Position numbers and translations under genes: made by a program
In this document: positions 59,077-60,723 of the stretch, piece after piece
Position numbering within the stretch: the stretch's first letter is position 1
Layout: every line of letters starts with the position of its first letter
From: Candidatus Arcticimaribacter sp.
GTDB lineage: Bacteria > Bacteroidota > Bacteroidia > Flavobacteriales > Flavobacteriaceae
Assembly: GCA_039768455.1 (NCBI GenBank)
Contig: JBDNAJ010000015.1
Location: 1 to 60,723 of the forward strand
Length of the DNA stretch: 60,723 nt
Reading direction: 5' to 3'
Notes under the pieces: model-generated
Told to the model about the DNA's origin: nothing
The model's input: the letters and a program-made list of their open reading frames with translations, nothing else
The model's database searches: none

Positions 59077-60354
59077 TTAATTGGAAAGTGCATCCCAAAG
59101 GGTCCATGAAAACACTGTTTCATCTGCACCAGTATTAGCTTGTTGTTCTGTTACAATTTCTGCCCAGTTTGCATAATCTGAAACTGCGGTGTTTGCAAAA
59201 ATATCTGCGATAGCTGAAGTGCTAATAAAGTCAAAATTATTGAAGTTTAAGTTACCTAAAGAAGCTGCAGTAGCTTGTCCATTGTAGGTATCAGCATCGA
59301 TGCCTTTAATAGCTAGGTTATCAATATTTTTGTAGACAACGTTTTTTGTTAATCCAGTAGCATCACTTTTCCAATCACCTAGATTGTTTTTACCTGGTTC
59401 TGGATTATCATCTCCATAAACCGTTACGTCATTTACTGTAAATACACCATCAATCGCTCCAGTAGAATCTTCTGTACCATCAATTTCAAATGGATTATCA
59501 GAGTTGGCTCTTAGGGCTAGTACTGCATTGGTAATGGTTCCTTTGTATCCTTGATCTAAATCAAGAGCATCATCACGTTGACCAAAAATCACTACATTAT
59601 CTACATTGACGCTTCCGCCAAAGATTTCTATTCCATCATCATTACTTCCTACAACTTCAATATGGTTGACCGTTGTTCCAGCACCAACTCCACCTAGGGT
59701 TAAGCCTTGAATTTCATCTCCACCAGCTAGTTGTGTTCCACTGTGACGAATTGAAAGGTAGGTCATTGAACCAGAAGAATCGCTATCGTCATTACCTCCA
59801 TAAGAGGTCCAGTCAAATCCAGAAGCAATCCCTTCGATATCGTCGCTTCCACCGTCTTGTCCTACAGTAGCATTTCCTAAAACAATAATTCCACCCCACT
59901 TTCCAGTATCTGTAGGAACGCGATTAGGACTTATAACACCGTCATTATAATCGATATTATCGTTAACATCTGTAAAAATGATTGGACTGTCAGCAGTTCC
60001 ATTGGCGTTGAATGTTGCTCCACCTGCAATGATTAAAGCAGTAGCATCTACTCCTTGCGCACTTTCTGATTTGACGATTGTTCCTGCTTCAACAGTAAGG
60101 GAACCTCCCGATCTAACAACAACTTTTCCATCCATGATCCAAATACGATCATTGGTCCATGTTACTGCATCATCGATATAATAAATTCCACCTGAACCTA
60201 CTGTTTCAGTTTCTGGAGTTACCACAGGAGCTGAAGTGGTAACAGTTACTGTTTCTGTGACTACTTCCGTTTCAATAATGGTTTGTGGCTCACTAGTACA
60301 AGAGCTTAAACCAGCAATTAATAGTAATAAGAATAAAAGATTTGTTGTTTTCAT
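59077..60354 (-). CDS. Asp/Gly-rich surface lipoprotein, probable beta-helix
   Basis: Lipobox LSSC; GT..SPIIFT, WGGIIVLGNA, DDGIEIFGG, DDALDLDQG, FEIDG motifs. Confidence 0.8.
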   Translation of the reverse strand: MKTTNLLFLLLLIAGLSSCTSEPQTIIETEVVTETVTVTTSAPVVTPETETVGSGGIYYIDDAVTWTNDRIWIMDGKVVVRSGGSLTVEAGTIVKSESAQGVDATALIIAGGATFNANGTADSPIIFTDVNDNIDYNDGVISPNRVPTDTGKWGGIIVLGNATVGQDGGSDDIEGIASGFDWTSYGGNDDSDSSGSMTYLSIRHSGTQLAGGDEIQGLTLGGVGAGTTVNHIEVVGSNDDGIEIFGGSVNVDNVVIFGQRDDALDLDQGYKGTITNAVLALRANSDNPFEIDGTEDSTGAIDGVFTVNDVTVYGDDNPEPGKNNLGDWKSDATGLTKNVVYKNIDNLAIKGIDADTYNGQATAASLGNLNFNNFDFISTSAIADIFANTAVSDYANWAEIVTEQQANTGADETVFSWTLWDALSN

Positions 60355-60374
60355 TTTTTATCATTTTGATATTC

Positions 60375-60504
60375 CAAAACTAGGCTATATCTAAGCGGGA
60401 TATTTTAGTTCTGTGTTAAGCCTTAAGCTGTAAATTTTAACTTTGTACTACTTGATTTTTAAGCGAATGTTAAGTTGAGAAAAGCCGATTAACATTAATT
60501 TAAT
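60375..60504. promoter_or_regulatory. Divergent promoter region (lipoprotein / dgt) with TAAC-type repeats
   Basis: TAGTTTTG (minus) at 60375-60382; GTGTTA 60413, ATGTTA 60467; TAACATTAATTTAAT at 60490-60504. Confidence 0.55.
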
Positions 60505-60538
60505 GCAGTCGCATTTTATTACATTTACAAAAAAAAGA

Positions 60539-60723
60539 ATGAACTGGGAACAACTCCTTTCTCTACAACGCTTTGGCGATACAACTAAGCGAATAAGAAA
60601 AGAACAAGATGAAATTCGTTTGGGCTTTGAAGTGGATTATGACCGTATAGTCTTCTCTTCTTATTTTAGATCCCTACAAGACAAAACCCAGGTCATCCCC
60701 TTCTCAAAAACAGACTTTGTCCA
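60539..60723 (+). CDS. dgt: Deoxyguanosinetriphosphate triphosphohydrolase, 5' partial (absent from ORF track)
   Basis: MNWEQLLSLQRFGD...FEVDYDRIVFSSYFRSLQDKTQVIP...DFV, the R..D.DRI..S..FR.LQ.KTQV N-terminal signature of HD-family dNTPases. Confidence 0.9.
   Translation, partial: MNWEQLLSLQRFGDTTKRIRKEQDEIRLGFEVDYDRIVFSSYFRSLQDKTQVIPFSKTDFV

Noticed and set aside
60539-60723. dGTPase (and the dCMP deaminase) as anti-phage nucleotide-depletion defence
   Set aside because: Both look like housekeeping forms in a core-gene context with no defence neighbours; dgt is only partial here.

Overview
This is a densely packed chromosomal window from a Flavobacteriaceae (Bacteroidota) genome. The assignment rests on TAnnTTTG -7 promoter elements, A-rich start regions without obvious Shine-Dalgarno sites, and Bacteroidota-type glyQS, sdhCAB and nrdBA genes. 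Short intergenic spaces and overlapping convergent genes suggest a compact genome. Core content: a partial tRNA-Asn, rseP, sco, feoAB plus an unlisted 39-aa Cys-rich ORF, pepP, a BNR/VPS10 beta-propeller protein, sdhCAB, glyQS and xth. A large haem cluster follows (hemA-C-D-E-F-antiporter-hemB, divergent from AraC-hemH-MATE-hemJ), then bacilliredoxin, dCMP deaminase, DUF3109-nrdB-nrdA, a phosphate-type locus (lipoprotein, TonB-dependent receptor, PiT/PhoU, convergent with a MORN-type protein) and the start of dgt. I saw no mobile element, prophage, CRISPR array or defence system. The most interesting signals are regulatory. (1) A candidate iron/haem circuit: one 23-bp palindrome precedes both feoA and an AraC regulator that carries a Cys-Pro motif, and a 21-bp-spaced direct repeat lies over the hemA promoter. 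(2) An 11-bp-period ATGTTA array, with an identical 15-mer recurring at the other end of the phosphate locus. (3) DnaA-box-like sites around nrdB. (4) A DM13 lipoprotein with a nine-heptad Thr/Ser/Asp stalk, coupled to an unknown beta-barrel-like gene. All product calls come from motif recognition by eye; no database searches were run.
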